Part shown: positions 1-13,277 of the stretch, piece after piece
How positions within the stretch are numbered: position 1 is the first letter of the stretch
Layout of the letters: each line of letters opens with the position of its first letter
Program-made: the position numbers and the translations under genes
DNA from: Eledone cirrhosa
Taxonomy: Eukaryota
Direction of reading: 5' to 3'
DNA length: 64,000 nucleotides
NCBI GenBank assembly: GCA_964016885.1
Contig: OZ024755.1
Location: 20,212,001 to 20,276,000 of the forward strand
Notes under the pieces: generated by a model
Seen by the model: only the letters and a program-made list of their open reading frames with translations
Database searches by the model: none
What the model was told of the DNA's origin: nothing

Positions 1-1564
1 TATTAATAATGGTATATCGTGCAATGGCCATACTCGATAACGAGGGGGCAGCCATCATCATGTGTGTGCGTGCGCTAGCGTGTGCGTGTGCGTGTGTGTG
101 TGTGCGCGCGCGCGGTTGGTATCTGCAAATAAAAGCCAAAAGAAAGCAATACTCAAGAGAGCCTATTTAGTTTATATTAAATTTCATACACTTAACGTTG
201 ATGAGGAAGGTAACAGCAACCCTTTCACCACAAGAAAACTATCTGTAAAAAGGACCGATAAACAGCTCATAGTCAATGGCCATCCGCCACAACTGTGGGT
301 TAAATAGCTCATCAACCGGCAATTGGCCAAACGTGGTGTGTACGGTTATCCCCTGACCTGACCAAAACCAAACAAAGCGGTGAAGGTTAACCAGGGAGGG
401 GTTCCTCCATCAAGTGTGAGAAAGGCCTGGGTTAGATTGGATTCTCAATCAAGACTGACATGTGGCTGACTAACAACACTAAAACCATCAACAACAAACC
501 TGCGCTATACAAAGCTTTTGTAAAATGTATTAAATACTATGAACATCTAATTCCCTCTCTCCTTAAATTCTAAGTTGTATGGATTTGTTAGCATACACCA
601 CTATGGCCATCGGTTTCTCATAGTCATGTTTCATAAATTCAATCTTTACATAAAAGCTATAGAAATCCTTATAACTTCTGTCCTCTTTTTAATGATTCTC
701 ATCCTCTTCTTCCCCCTTCACATCTCCCCTTATTCTCCCTTATTTTCTCTAATCCTCTTCCTTCCTATAATATCCTTATCAGCAACATCATCATCATCAT
801 CGTTATTATTGGTGTTTGGATTATCATTAACATTCTCTACATTATTCTCATCATTCCCATCAATAGCCACTTCATCACCAACACCATCAACGCATGCAGC
901 GTAATCATTATTATTATTATTATTATCAATAAAATCAAAGTATTCTTCCATTGTATGTAGGCAATGTCAAAGCTAATACCCAGAGATCCTATTGTTCAGA
1001 ATGGACACGTGATGTCATCACATTGTTTCTACATCAAAACGGAAGAAATACGATCAGTTCTAGTAAAATCAGATTCTTTTGTTAAAACTCAGACAATTGG
1101 TCACGGGAAATGATTGCATATTTCTCCTGTCTCCCATGTGGCTTCAATTTGTATACCTTGAATAAGGGGTTTTCTTTTCATCCAGCTTTACCTTCTAATT
1201 TGATAGCTGTCGTTGTTGATGTTGTTGTTATTGTTGTTGAAACTCTTCGTTGTTCTTGTATCAATGATGTTTAGCTTCAATTAAACTGTGTGTGAGTTGA
1301 CCTATGATCAAACGCATGCTTTCTATCCTCATCCGAATATCTTGTTTAACTATGTCTGTTATGCCTTATGTTCGCTACCTTTGTAAGACCGTACAGTGTG
1401 TTAGAAAAGAGAATTATCTTCCTCCCCTGGCGGCTTGTGACTCATTGGTTCAAACATTACTAACTTTTGTATCTATAGAAATGATTTTAAGTGAGTCGGA
1501 CATTGAATTATAGGTTTTATATTTTCCATTACGTTTTATGTCTGTGAAAGGACAACGGATTTCG

Positions 1565-1752
1565 AATAATTGTTTCTACTTTGGACACAAGGCCAGCAAA
1601 TACCCCAGTACATTACTGGTACTTTATTTTATCGACTCCGTAAGGATGAAAGGCAAAGTTGACCTCGGCGGGATTTGAACTCAGAATGGAAAGGGCCGTA
1701 ATTCTATGAGTCAAAGCATGACGTCCGACCCTCTACCGATACTGCCAATCCA
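1565..1752 (-). mobile_element. tRNA-derived SINE family A (Nin/Deu-domain-like core)
   Basis: On the minus strand: A-box-like TGGCAGTATCGG, B box GTTCAAATCC, core CTTTGCCTTTCATCCTTACGGAGTCGATAAAATAAAGTACCAG and tail GTAGAAACAATTATT. About 20 near-identical copies occur in the window. Confidence 0.9.
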
Positions 1753-2250
1753 TTACCCTTACGAATAATATACCCCAAATAATAACACTATTTAGGGAAG
1801 TTGATATTCTTTCGTATATTAGTAAACTATTCCAGTTAGAATTGTCGCATCTTTACTTTAAATTATATATATATATATATATATATATCACAGCCTTATG
1901 AATAAATGAGATTTACACACCTTCAAAATGTTCCTGATTGTGTGTATATTATATATATATATTATATAATCATCATCACCGTTTTAACGTCCATTTTGCA
2001 CGCTTGCATGAGTTATACGGGTTGTCACAATATGAGGTGTGTGTGTGGTGTGTGGTGTGTGGTGTGTGTATGTATGTATGAGTCCCGGGTTCAATCGGAG
2101 GCTAACCATAGTAGCAAGGTACTCAATACGTTAGTAGAGTATATACAACAATATTTAATATAGAAATCGCTTCTACAGGACTGGAACTGTTTCATTCGAA
2201 GGAAATCAACAGGAAAGCCTTGCCATATTTATTGTACATTATCATTAAAT

Positions 2251-2392
2251 CCAGCATAGTTACGTCCCTTTATGATCTGAGTTCAAATCCCGCCAAGGTT
2301 AACTTTGCCTTTCATCCTTACGAGGTCGATAAAATAAAGTACCAGTAATGTACTGGGTAATTGCTGGCCTTGTGCTGAATGTAGAAACAATT
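2251..2392 (+). mobile_element. 5'-truncated SINE A with 16-bp TSD
   Basis: SINE A core and tail, flanked by ATTATCATTAAATCCA at 2238-2253 and 2390-2405. Confidence 0.9.
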
Positions 2393-2571
2393 ATCATTAA
2401 ATCCATCACATTTTATTTCTTCAACAGAGACATGTTACACAGTACAGTAACACCTTGATGCCATGTTGAAGTAGCTGCTAATAAAGAATGTAATAACCAT
2501 CACCTATATGCAGTATATCAAAGGTTTTCAATCTTCTCCAATTGATAATTACATTATTCCTTTCTGCTATA

Positions 2572-2915
2572 GGATAAAGTGCGTAGCTCGGAGATCAGAG
2601 AGTCACTCCAGGTAGAGCCATAACTTCTCAGAATTGAGAGATCACAGCTCCGATACTATAGACCTATGGTTAGAATGTCTCAGGAAAGAATCGCTGGACT
2701 GGACATATTTTACAGGCGAAACCAACAGGTAGGGGACCTAGGGATAGAGCCCGAGCAAGATGGTTGGATAACATCTATCAGCTTGGCTGGTCACGCTTGG
2801 AGATCCAGCCGGATTAGTTGAAGACGGTTACTTCTGGCAGGACCCGCTGGGAGTAGTTTTTGAGGACTTCGCCCCCATGACCCTCTCAGGAATAAGGAGG
2901 CGACGAAAAGAAGGA
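2572..2915 (+). mobile_element. RTE-clade LINE (Expander/Rex3-like) 3' fragment, degenerate
   Basis: Translates with stops and a frameshift as DKVRSSEIRESLQVEP*LLRIERSQLRY...AKPTGRGPRDRARARWLDNIYQLGWSRLEI, typical of the RTE C-terminus. Same family at 14435-14618 and 18917-19275. Confidence 0.85.
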
Positions 2916-3182
2916 AAAGGATATACAATATTTAGTAAAAGATCAACTGGTCTTATATTACACATCTAACAAGGCTACGTATTAACTCCACTAGAATATT
3001 TAGTATTTATGTCCATATACTTGTATAGCAAAGTCTTAGCTTATAAAACGTGTATTACTGCCATGTTGAATAAATTATTAGATTTGGACAACCTCTCTCC
3101 TTATCTCTAAGAGTATCAATTTCAATTTACAGATTTTGTTTACAGGCTTCATTTCTTGATTGTGTAAAGTGAATCTCGTCTT

Positions 3183-3535
3183 TGTATATATATATATCCA
3201 CACACACACACACACACATATATATATACACACACACACACACACATATATATACACACACACATATATATATACACACACACACACACATATATATACA
3301 CACACACACATATATATACACACATATATATACACACATATATATACACACACACACACATATATACACATATATATACACACACACACACATATATACA
3401 CACACACACACATACACACACACATATATATATATATATGTATGTATATATGTGTGTGTATATAAATGTGTGCGTGTATATATATATATATATTATATAT
3501 ATATGTGTGTGTATATAAATGTGTGTGTGTATATA

Positions 3536-3572
<37 letters not shown>

Positions 3573-3661
3573 TATATATGTGTGTGTGTATGTGTGTGTA
3601 TATATATATGTATGTGTATATATATATATATACACACACACATATACACACACACACACAC

Positions 3662-3716
<55 letters not shown>
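3183..3716. repeat. compound (TA)n/(CA)n/(TG)n microsatellite
   Basis: Directly visible dinucleotide runs. Confidence 0.97.
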
Positions 3717-3718
<2 letters not shown>

Positions 3719-4105
3719 AGTTACATTACATCCTCGTGATATAGATTTGTGCGCCGAAGTTCTTCTGGTGAGTGGGCGGAAGACCCGAGGTCTCATTGAC
3801 CTCATCAACATTTACTCCCTTTTTTTTTCACTTTGATATTGCTATTTCTCAAACAAAGTCTTAGAATATGAAATGAAATATTAATGCAGTTCAAATTAAT
3901 TTTCAGTTCTCACCACTCATTTCTTTAAAACAGAGTCTCTTTGCCAATTGCTGGTTGCGTAAAAAAGTATGAATTGTGTGTTTGAAGACTTCTGAAACTC
4001 GTACTGGACTGAGTTGAATGTTTTCAGAAAACCTCTAGTAAAATATTGTAAACACAACCTGTGGATCTACAATAAAATCCTATTTCTGGCACATGTCTTT
4101 CTAAG

Positions 4106-4305
4106 TACTTAAATGGAACCCACAGGGAAGCAGACGGAGAGGGCGACCAAAAATGAACTGGCGCCAGACAGTTGAGAGGGACCTGCGAGCGACAAACAGA
4201 CAATGGCGGGACGCTGTGCAACTGGCTGCTGACCGAACGCGGTGGAACACTATGATTGCTTCATGCGTCGCAAGACGCGGGAGCTTCTGAGTTTGAGTCT
4301 GAGTT
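4106..4305 (+). mobile_element. RTE-clade LINE 3' end, 5'-truncated, with TSD
   Basis: KWNPQGSRRRGRPKMNWRQTVERDLRA...AADRTRWNTMIASCVARRGSF*, then a (TGAGTY)n tail. TTTCTAAG flanks it at 4098-4105 and 4306-4313. Confidence 0.88.
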
Positions 4306-4341
4306 TTTCTAAGCCAATATAATTTTGGATGAGTTTATGGT

Positions 4342-4736
4342 AAATCCAGTCGCACATAACATTACCTTATGCAATAATTGTTTCTACTTTAGGCACAAGG
4401 CCAGAAATTACCCAGTGCATTACTGGTACTTTATTTTATCGACCCCGTAAGGATGAAAGGCAAAGTACACCTCGGCGGGATTTGAACTCAGACCGTAAAG
4501 GGACGTAACTATGCTGGAAAGAAATCCAGTTGCACATAACATTACCTTATGCAATATTTGTTTCTACTTTAGGCACAAGGCCAGAAATTACCCAGTGCAT
4601 TACTGGTACTTTATTTTATCGACCCCGTAAGGATGAAAGGCAAAGTAAACCTCGGCGGGATTTGAACTCAGACCGTAAAGGGACGTAACTATGCTGGAAA
4701 GAAATCCAGTCGCACATAACATTATCTAATGCAATA
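4342..4736 (-). mobile_element. tandem duplication (180-bp unit) of a truncated SINE A plus flank
   Basis: 4342-4521 and 4522-4701 are nearly identical. The 35-bp flank AAATCCAGTCGCACATAACATTA... occurs three times. Confidence 0.92.
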
Positions 4737-4865
4737 TTACTTCTATATAGAAACAGGCGATATATTAGAGAACATGAGAGTCTGCGTTACAGATGTTAGT
4801 AAGGCTGTAGATCGATTCTTATAATCTACCACTAATGTTTTTTATGACTATTATTGCCATTATTG

Positions 4866-5792
4866 GGGCGGTGGTTTGACAGAATCGGTAGAGCATCAGA
4901 CACCATGTTTTGCGGCATAGAGTTACGGTCCTTTACGGTCTGAGTTCAAATCCCGCCGAGCTTAAATTTGCCTTTCATCCTTACGGGGGTCGATGAAATA
5001 AAGTACCAGTCACGCACTGGGGCCGATATAATCGACTTTTCCCTCCCCCCCCCCAAATTACTGGCCCTGTGCCTATACTAGAAATTAAAAAAAAAAGTAG
5101 AAACAATTATTATTATTGCCATTATTGGGGTACCAGTAATGTACTGGGTAATTGCTGGCCTTGTGCCTAAAGTAGAAACAATTATTGGGGCGGCGGTTTG
5201 ACAATACCGGTAGAGCATCAGTCATCATGCTTTGCAGCATAGAGTTACGGTCCTTTACGGTCTGAGTTCAAATTCCACCGTGGTGAGCTTTCATCCTTAC
5301 GGGGGTCGATAAAATAAAGTACCAGTAATGCACTGGAATAATTGCTGGCCTTGTGCCAAAAGTAGAAACAATTATTTTCATTACTATTATTATTACTGTT
5401 GGTGAATTGGCAGTATTGGTAGAGGGCTGGACGCCATGCTTTGATGCATAGAGTTACGGCCCTTGCCATTCTGAGTTCAAATCCCGCCTAGGTTAACTTT
5501 ACCTTTCATCCTTACGGGGTCGATAAAATAAAGTACCAGTAATGCACTGGGATAATCGCTGGCCTTGTGCCAAAAGTAGAAACAATTATTACTGTTCCTG
5601 CAGGATTGTAGATAAAACCTATACGTTATGGTGGATTGGCAGTATCGGTAGAGGGTCGGACGCCATGCTTTCCAGCATAGTTACGTCCCTTTACGATCTG
5701 AGTTCAAATCCCGCCGAGGTTGACTTTGCCTTTCATCCTTACGGGGTCGATAAAATAAAGTACCAGTAATGAACTGGTTAATTGTTGGCCTT
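4866..5792 (+). mobile_element. cluster of four head-to-tail SINE A copies plus a tail fragment
   Basis: Copies at about 4866-5086 (long tail variant), 5187-5373, 5401-5588 and 5630-5792, with a tail fragment at 5131-5183. TSD-like TATTATTGCCATTATTGGGG and ATTATTACTGTT are each duplicated. Confidence 0.9.
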
Positions 5793-6359
5793 ATCGTTAA
5801 TTGCCATTTAGATATTTTTTGTGGGTTTTTTTCATCGTACAAATGTATATTTGTAGCATTTTCTGTTTCAAATCGACACCTAATTGACAATTCAAGAAAA
5901 ATACTTGCTTCAGTTTATAACACATCTCTACAAATGTGTTGATCAATAAAATGAGAAATGAATGTATGTTTTCTTTAAGATCATAAATTTATCAATATGT
6001 ACAAACGAACCATAAATTCGACAAAGAAAAATCATATATAAAATTCTGAAATGAGATGGAATTATTCATAAAGCGACAGTATGATGACCCAAAATGTTAA
6101 ATTGATTTAGAGTTTATTTCAGGCTTCAGACGTCCTTTTACTTTCATAATTTGGGACAGGGAAGGTTTACAAAATTAATCGCTGGGGGACGGTTTCAGAT
6201 GTTTGTTTGCAGAATCATTGATACAGAATGTGACAAAACCGCATAGGATATTAAATTCAGCGAAGCATAAAAACCATTTGTGTTGCAACATTTGAAACGT
6301 AAATATTAGAAATATTGCCAAACTAGAATATTTTCAATAGAATATATATTCTATCAGCT

Positions 6360-6365
<6 letters not shown>

Positions 6366-6426
<61 letters not shown>

Positions 6427-6530
6427 CGTGTATGTATATGTATATATATATACATACATGTATATATGTATATATATATGTGTGTATATATGTATACATT
6501 GTATGTGTGTGTGTGTGTGTGTATATATAT
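6366..6530. repeat. (TA)n/(TG)n microsatellite
   Basis: Direct observation. Confidence 0.95.
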
Positions 6531-7211
6531 GCCATTAGATACACAGTTTACATAACGGTTTATTTGTATGAGTAAAATAACATTCAAACTTGTTGTTTTT
6601 CCTGTTGTGTTGTAATTAATTGTCTTGTTTATCACTTTAAATCAATTATCGATAACGCCGTAACCCATTCATTGTTAACACAAATCCTTTTAATGACACA
6701 GACGATGTTAAGAGAAATGTATGTAGCTATTCCATTAACATGTAAACACACATTACAGACATAATAGAATACTTTACAAAGCGTTAAATGTTTGATCGAA
6801 ACAAGTGATTAAACAATTTTCTTACGCGATTACATTCAATCGCGTTTTGCATGAGACGTTCCATGTCGAAAAACCAAGTCGTTTCGTTGTTGTTGTCATC
6901 TCTAACTGTTAAAACATTTAACGTAAGATGACATCAACAAATAAAACTATTTCGCAGTTTATTTGCAGGGGGCTTACTCATTGAGTCTTGCATTCATTAG
7001 ATTATATTTATGAGGCATTTAAATTTCTCTGATGATTCGCAAATATGAAACTAAGGAAGCGACGCGTGCATTAGCTGGTATTATTACCATCAATGACGTT
7101 TTCAACTTTACGAAATCATTAAAGAAACAGCGATCGCCCAAGGCTGGAAGTTAGCTAAGAAATGGGTTGAATAGATGGATCAGATTATTAGTTTTTAACC
7201 ATTTACCTAAA

Positions 7212-7326
7212 TAATTGTTTCTACTTTAGGCACAAGGCCAGCAATTACCCAGTGCATTACTGGTACTTTATTTTATCGACCCTGTAAGGATGAAACGCAA
7301 AGTCAACCTCGGCGGGATTTGAACTA
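7212..7326 (-). mobile_element. 5'-truncated SINE A with 15-bp TSD
   Basis: SINE A core and tail, with ATTTACCTAAATAAT at 7201-7215 and 7328-7342. Confidence 0.9.
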
Positions 7327-8648
7327 AATTTACCTAAATAATGCCTTTCAGAAAGGCACACTGGTACACAGTATGGGATCATGTAAGAAATCAATAATTT
7401 AAATCAATAAATATTTGTTTGTTTGCAAATCCTGAAAAGGTGTTATATTTCCGTCAAAACGAGTCTGTAACGTGGATATGTTTTATCTTTTATAAGTTAT
7501 TTTTTAATTTGGCAAGTTTATGCCACAGGCTAACTTAGATATATACACTACAACTTCGACTTTTCTTTCTTATAATTACGTAGAAAAGGCAACGGGAAGC
7601 TACAGTATTTCAACGCATTCCTTTGTAAACATAGTTGTAATGACGACATAGCAGTAGCGCCCCAAACATTGTACACAGAAATATGATATTGCCGATGATA
7701 TAAGAAATTGCGTATAGTAAACAAGAATATTTTTGAATCAGATATATAAATAAGACGAAACAAGAAGTGGTTATGTTCGTGTAATTATACCAACCTAGTT
7801 CATGGCGTAAATGAATCTGTACTAACTGGGAATTTAAGCAAGATTTGAATTTGCCAAGAACACAAAACAGCGCTCGTCCACTTGCGAAATTCCTTCACTA
7901 ATGATGTTATTTTGAATTGATATTTCAAGCATTATTAAAGTTGGCATATTTGTAAAATATTCAGAAAGAAAATTGGGAAGATGTTATAACATTATATATC
8001 AAGTATTGATTTAATATTTCTATATAATATTTCTGAGATATTTCTCGTAAATATTTTTAGAAGGTAGACCGTTAATAGACCATTTATATAACATTTAAAT
8101 TAATGCCCTCTTCGCGATTTCTCTTACTTCCGATTATATATTTGTATATTTATGAGACGGCTGATTACAGAAAATATAAGTACAAATGAATAATTGTTCA
8201 GAAATTCACATTAGAAATCAGATTCTTGAATGAAGAACAAATTTTATTGCTCCAATATGTATGAATTATTAATATAAACTTCAGAACAATGCATTACAAA
8301 CTACGATAAAATACATTATGAAGTGTAATGCAAATAAACTTATAGGATACTTTAAATTTCTGATAAAAATCTTGTTTAAAATATATTTAATGTGATATAG
8401 ATGTTGAAGTGACAGAGTCGTTAGACTGTCCGATAGATTGTCTTAGCTTATTTGTTCGGGCTCTCAAGTTTCCCAGCCAAAATCTCACCGAGGGCTTCCG
8501 CATTTGCCATCTTTCCGCGGTCTATAGATAAATAATCATTTCTTCTCTACTTCGGAAACAACTGTAAGTTAGTGACGGAGTGTTGTCACTTTAACTTTGT
8601 ACCATCCTACCTGCTTGTTGCAAATTTTGCAATATTATCTGTGAGTAT

Positions 8649-9001
8649 AGGCGCATAGCTTAGTGATTAGAGCGTCGGATTTACAATCGAGAGGTTGTGA
8701 GTTCGATTCCCGGACCGTGTGATGCATTGTATTCTTGAGCAAGACACTATTTCACGTTGCTCTAGTTTACTCAGCTGTAGAAATGCGTTGAGATGTCAAT
8801 GGTACCAAGCTGTATTGGCCTTAGCCTTTCCCTTGGACAACATTGCTGGCATGGAGAGTGGAGACTGGCATGCATGGGAGACCCCTGACCTTCTACAAAA
8901 CACCTTTCCTGGACTTGTGCCTCTGAAGGGAAACTTTCTAGGTGCAAATACCATGGACACTCATGACCGACGGTGGGTGGGGTAGGGGGCTTTACCCTTT
9001 T
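8649..9001 (+). mobile_element. tRNA-derived SINE family B, full length
   Basis: A box TAGCTTAGTGA, B box GTTCGATTCC and CORE/V-like TTCTTGAGCAAGACACT. A partial second copy lies at 14207-14325. Confidence 0.85.
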
Positions 9002-10083
9002 ATGAAGTTGCATGAGATAAACGCGATAATTCTCCTCCACTCACGCGATAGAGAGAGAGAGAGAGAGAACGACAAATACAGCCAGATAAACAGATAGGTA
9101 ATGCGGCTCTGTGTTATTTATACGCTATAAGGGGGCATTAAGTCTGTCCATTAAGTGACGTATGTTAAATTGAAATTCTGATGAGATTAAGTTTTGTTAT
9201 CTTATCTGAGGTGTTATACAACGCTTAAGACGAATACTGATATCGCTTTATTCACAAAAAAAGTTCAAAACATCGTAGTAAATATTTAACATTTCCTTGA
9301 ATATCGGATATACAGTTACTTTAGTAATATTGGATATTGTCTGACTAGAAGAAAGATATCCGATTATTCTAAATGGCAGGGTCGTGAATCTAATTTCAAT
9401 AGGAGCAGTTAGTTAACTCGGGTTCACATAGACATTTTATACCTACAGATTCAGAACAACCAATATATAATATTGATTATTTGAAAGTACGTAAAAGACT
9501 GTAACGTTTAGATCTGACTTGAGGTCATCTGTAACGTACATAAAGTGAAATACATAATTCTTTTATCAAATATCTTAGTAATTATACTTGTACTATTGAT
9601 TTACTCCAGAGAAATCGATAATCATCTACCAGTGAATAGTCCGGGATGTATACATATTCTGAGACAAATAATCGTATATATAATATAATACCAGGATTCT
9701 GACTGATATCTTTAAACTTAATCATTTCGCTGCGGAGCTAACTATGTCATATATGTTCCTTGATCGTAAATATAAATGGATTTTATATTATTCAATTTGT
9801 CTGGAGAAAGAGACTGTGCCTATTGCCTTTTCAGTGTTGAATGATTTCTTCCAAACATATAGGTCGTGTTCTTTGTTTGAACCGCTGTAAAACACACATA
9901 CCGTATATATATAAGTTGAAATAAAAAATCAAGTCATTAGAGATATACTTCACTGTTTTACGATCGTTTCTAGTTGATGATAATACATTGTAGCTATACT
10001 TCGTTATTGATCTATGTAAGGTTAGTTATACAATATCAGATAAAGAGAATATTTACTTACATGCATATCACCTGCTGATATAC

Positions 10084-10155
<72 letters not shown>

Positions 10156-10944
10156 TTCTACAAGACTAGAACTGTTTTCTGATAATTTCTTACATCGGAA
10201 GCCCACAAATTATATATATATATATATATATATAATGCAGGTGCGGAAAGCCGCATATATTCTAGCTATTAGAAAAATAGAAAAGGCAAAATGAATGATT
10301 CACCTTCGAAAGATGACTGAATAATAATAAGAAGAAGATATTATATATATATGAATACGATACGATTTGTACAGTTACGGTCTACAAAATGTCACTGACA
10401 AGACATTATTTAACTCAAGACTATAGTAGCTACTATGTAGAGCGACTGAAACCGATACAACTCGGTTTTAAAATGAATTCCTTAAACACAAAACCATATA
10501 TTCACCTAATGTAACTGATTATATTTCGCGAAGCAAATTTCTACGGTTTGAATATACAACCAGCGTGACATCTCCTTGAGCCGATTCACATTATTCAACT
10601 TCACCAATTTTTTTCAATTTCTGATAGTCTTATTCACAAAATGTCAAGCAATTTGTTTAATCACACTTACGTGAAGTGAATAAAATATTGGTTGTTAGAC
10701 GTTTGAAAATAAGCAGACCTGTGCGAAATGAATATGCTTTTAGTTGTTTGACATCTGTGAACAATCAGTCTCATGTGAAATGTATATGATTGCTTCGTGG
10801 TAGAAATCAACTAGACTTTTGGGAAATAAATAAGAAATCAGTCACTTGATATCTGAGCTCGATCGGAGTTGTGCGAAACAAGATATTGATACATTGACAT
10901 ACGTAAATCAATCAATATGTCATAAAATGGGGAAAATAGTTAAC

Positions 10945-10979
<35 letters not shown>

Positions 10980-11013
10980 CACACACACACACATACTCAC
11001 ACACTATAATTAT

Positions 11014-11047
<34 letters not shown>

Positions 11048-11198
11048 TTGCTATTATTGGGTTTAAACTTTACCAGAGGGTGTAAACCTCGATGCAATCG
11101 GGTTAACGCGAAGCTGATATATAAATATTAAGAAGTTCTATCGACTGAAAGATGTGTTAGTTTAAAAGCATATTCCCTCTTTGGTGCTTCTCAATCTT

Positions 11199-11968
11199 TA
11201 TATATAATATATAATATATATAATATATAATATATATAATATATAATATATATAATATATAATATATATAATATATAATATATATAATATAATATATAAT
11301 ATAATATATATATATTATATAATATAATATATATATAATATATAATATAATATATATATAATATATATAATATATATAATATATATAATATATAATATAA
11401 TATATATATATTATATATTATATATTATATAATATATAATATATATAATATATATAATATAATATATATATAATATATAATATAATATATATATATTATA
11501 TAATATAATATATATATAATATATAATATAATATATATATAATATATATAATATATATAATATATATAATATATAATATAATATATATATATTATATATT
11601 ATATATTATATAATATATAATATATATAATATATATAATATAATATATATATAATATATAATATAATATAATATATATATAATATATATAATATATATAA
11701 TATATATAATAATATATATAATAATAATATATAATAATATATATAATATATATAATAATATATAATAATATATATAATATATATAATATATATAATAATA
11801 TATATAATATATAATATAAATAATATATATAATATATAATATATATAATAATATAAATAATATATAATATTTAATATATATAATAATATAAATAATATAT
11901 ATTTAATATATATAATAATATATATAATATATAATAATATATATAATATATATAATATTTAATATATT
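11199..11968. repeat. pure A/T minisatellite (TATAA/TATATAA variants)
   Basis: About 770 bp with no G or C. Confidence 0.97.
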
Positions 11969-12173
11969 ATACCTCAGGTTGGTGCGAGCAATAACTAAAA
12001 AAAGTTATTGGACCAGTAAATCGCGTAAAGCGAGGGGGACAAGTGAACAACATAGAAGGATAAAAGCAAACCAAAGAAAGGAAATAAACAAGCAGCATGG
12101 TAGTCCTGGTCAGCATAAGCTGGGTGGATTTCATGAGCGAACCCTCTACCGATACTGCCAATCCACCACCCTT

Positions 12174-12226
12174 TATATATATATATAATATATAATATAT
12201 ATATAATATATATATAATATATATAT

Positions 12227-12259
<33 letters not shown>

Positions 12260-12401
12260 ATATATATATAATATATATATATATAATATATATATAATAT
12301 ATATATAATATATATATAATATATATATAATATATATATAATATATAATATATATATAATATATATATAATATATATATAATATATATATAATATATATA
12401 T

Positions 12402-12442
<41 letters not shown>
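12174..12442. repeat. pure A/T (TATATATAA)n tract
   Basis: Direct observation. Confidence 0.97.
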
Positions 12443-12445
<3 letters not shown>

Positions 12446-12518
12446 ATAGTATAAAAATGTAATATATTCCTAGATATAACGAGATAAGAATCGAAGAAAC
12501 GTCACATAACTAGGGCTA

Positions 12519-12893
12519 GGCGGCTTGACAATCTTCCCGTTCCGCGGGAGTAGACCCCTCATCTGGGATGCCACATGCTGTGACACCTACTCAAGTGGCA
12601 ACAAGGTTCGTTTGGCTAGCAGGCCATGCTCTGTTGTTCGCCAAGCTGAAGAGGGCAAACTGTCCAAGTATCGGCCGCTCTCTGATAAGTTCGTGGTAGA
12701 GCCTGTAACAGTGGAGACTTCCGGGATTCTTGGCGCCCGGACCAGATCCCAGTTCGCTGCTATCCGGCGGAGTTCGCCGACTGCATGTGCGAGCCTCGCG
12801 AGGTGGAGTGGCTTTTCTAGCGTGTCTCCCTCGCCCTCTTCCAGGGCAATACATTCTCTATATGTCAACTGGGACCCAAGAGACGGAGACTAA
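12519..12893 (+). mobile_element. CRE-like non-LTR retrotransposon C-terminal restriction-like endonuclease fragment
   Basis: GLTIFPFRGSRPLIWDATCCDTY...AEEGKLSKYRPL...EPVTVETSGILG, then after a frameshift WLF*RVSLALFQGNTFSI. This follows the motif order DG-WDATC.DT-K..KY-VETLG-QRGN of CRE-clade REL domains. Confidence 0.8.
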
Positions 12894-13277
12894 GTTAGTT
12901 GGTAGAGGAGGATACTCGTTAAGACGTCACTTTAACACATGTATTGAGTGCCTTGTTTTTAAACGTATATATTTATCCATATATATTTTACAAGATATCT
13001 CAAATTAACAAATCTCAAATTAAAAATTTCCCATTGCTAAAGAATACACTATGAATTTGACGTGTATGTATATTTATGAGCTTTGGAGGTCATTTTATCA
13101 GATATTTTAGCTTGCCGCTTATATATTATACACAGAAGTACGAGAGGGCATAGCAAGATATTTGTAGAACTGACGGTGCCTGATGAGTTCTACTTCAAAT
13201 AGCATCCATGGTATTTATCTAGTTTTTGTTGTTGTCTATCATCTGAAAATATATGAACTGGAAACCATAGGTCATTA

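Noticed and set aside
5245-5890. Short ORFs ending in YRPRKDERQS or FHPYGVDKIKYQ
   Set aside because: Recurring translations of the SINE A core, not genes.
7025-7060. CTGATGA...GAAA motif
   Set aside because: No stem II or stem I complementarity.
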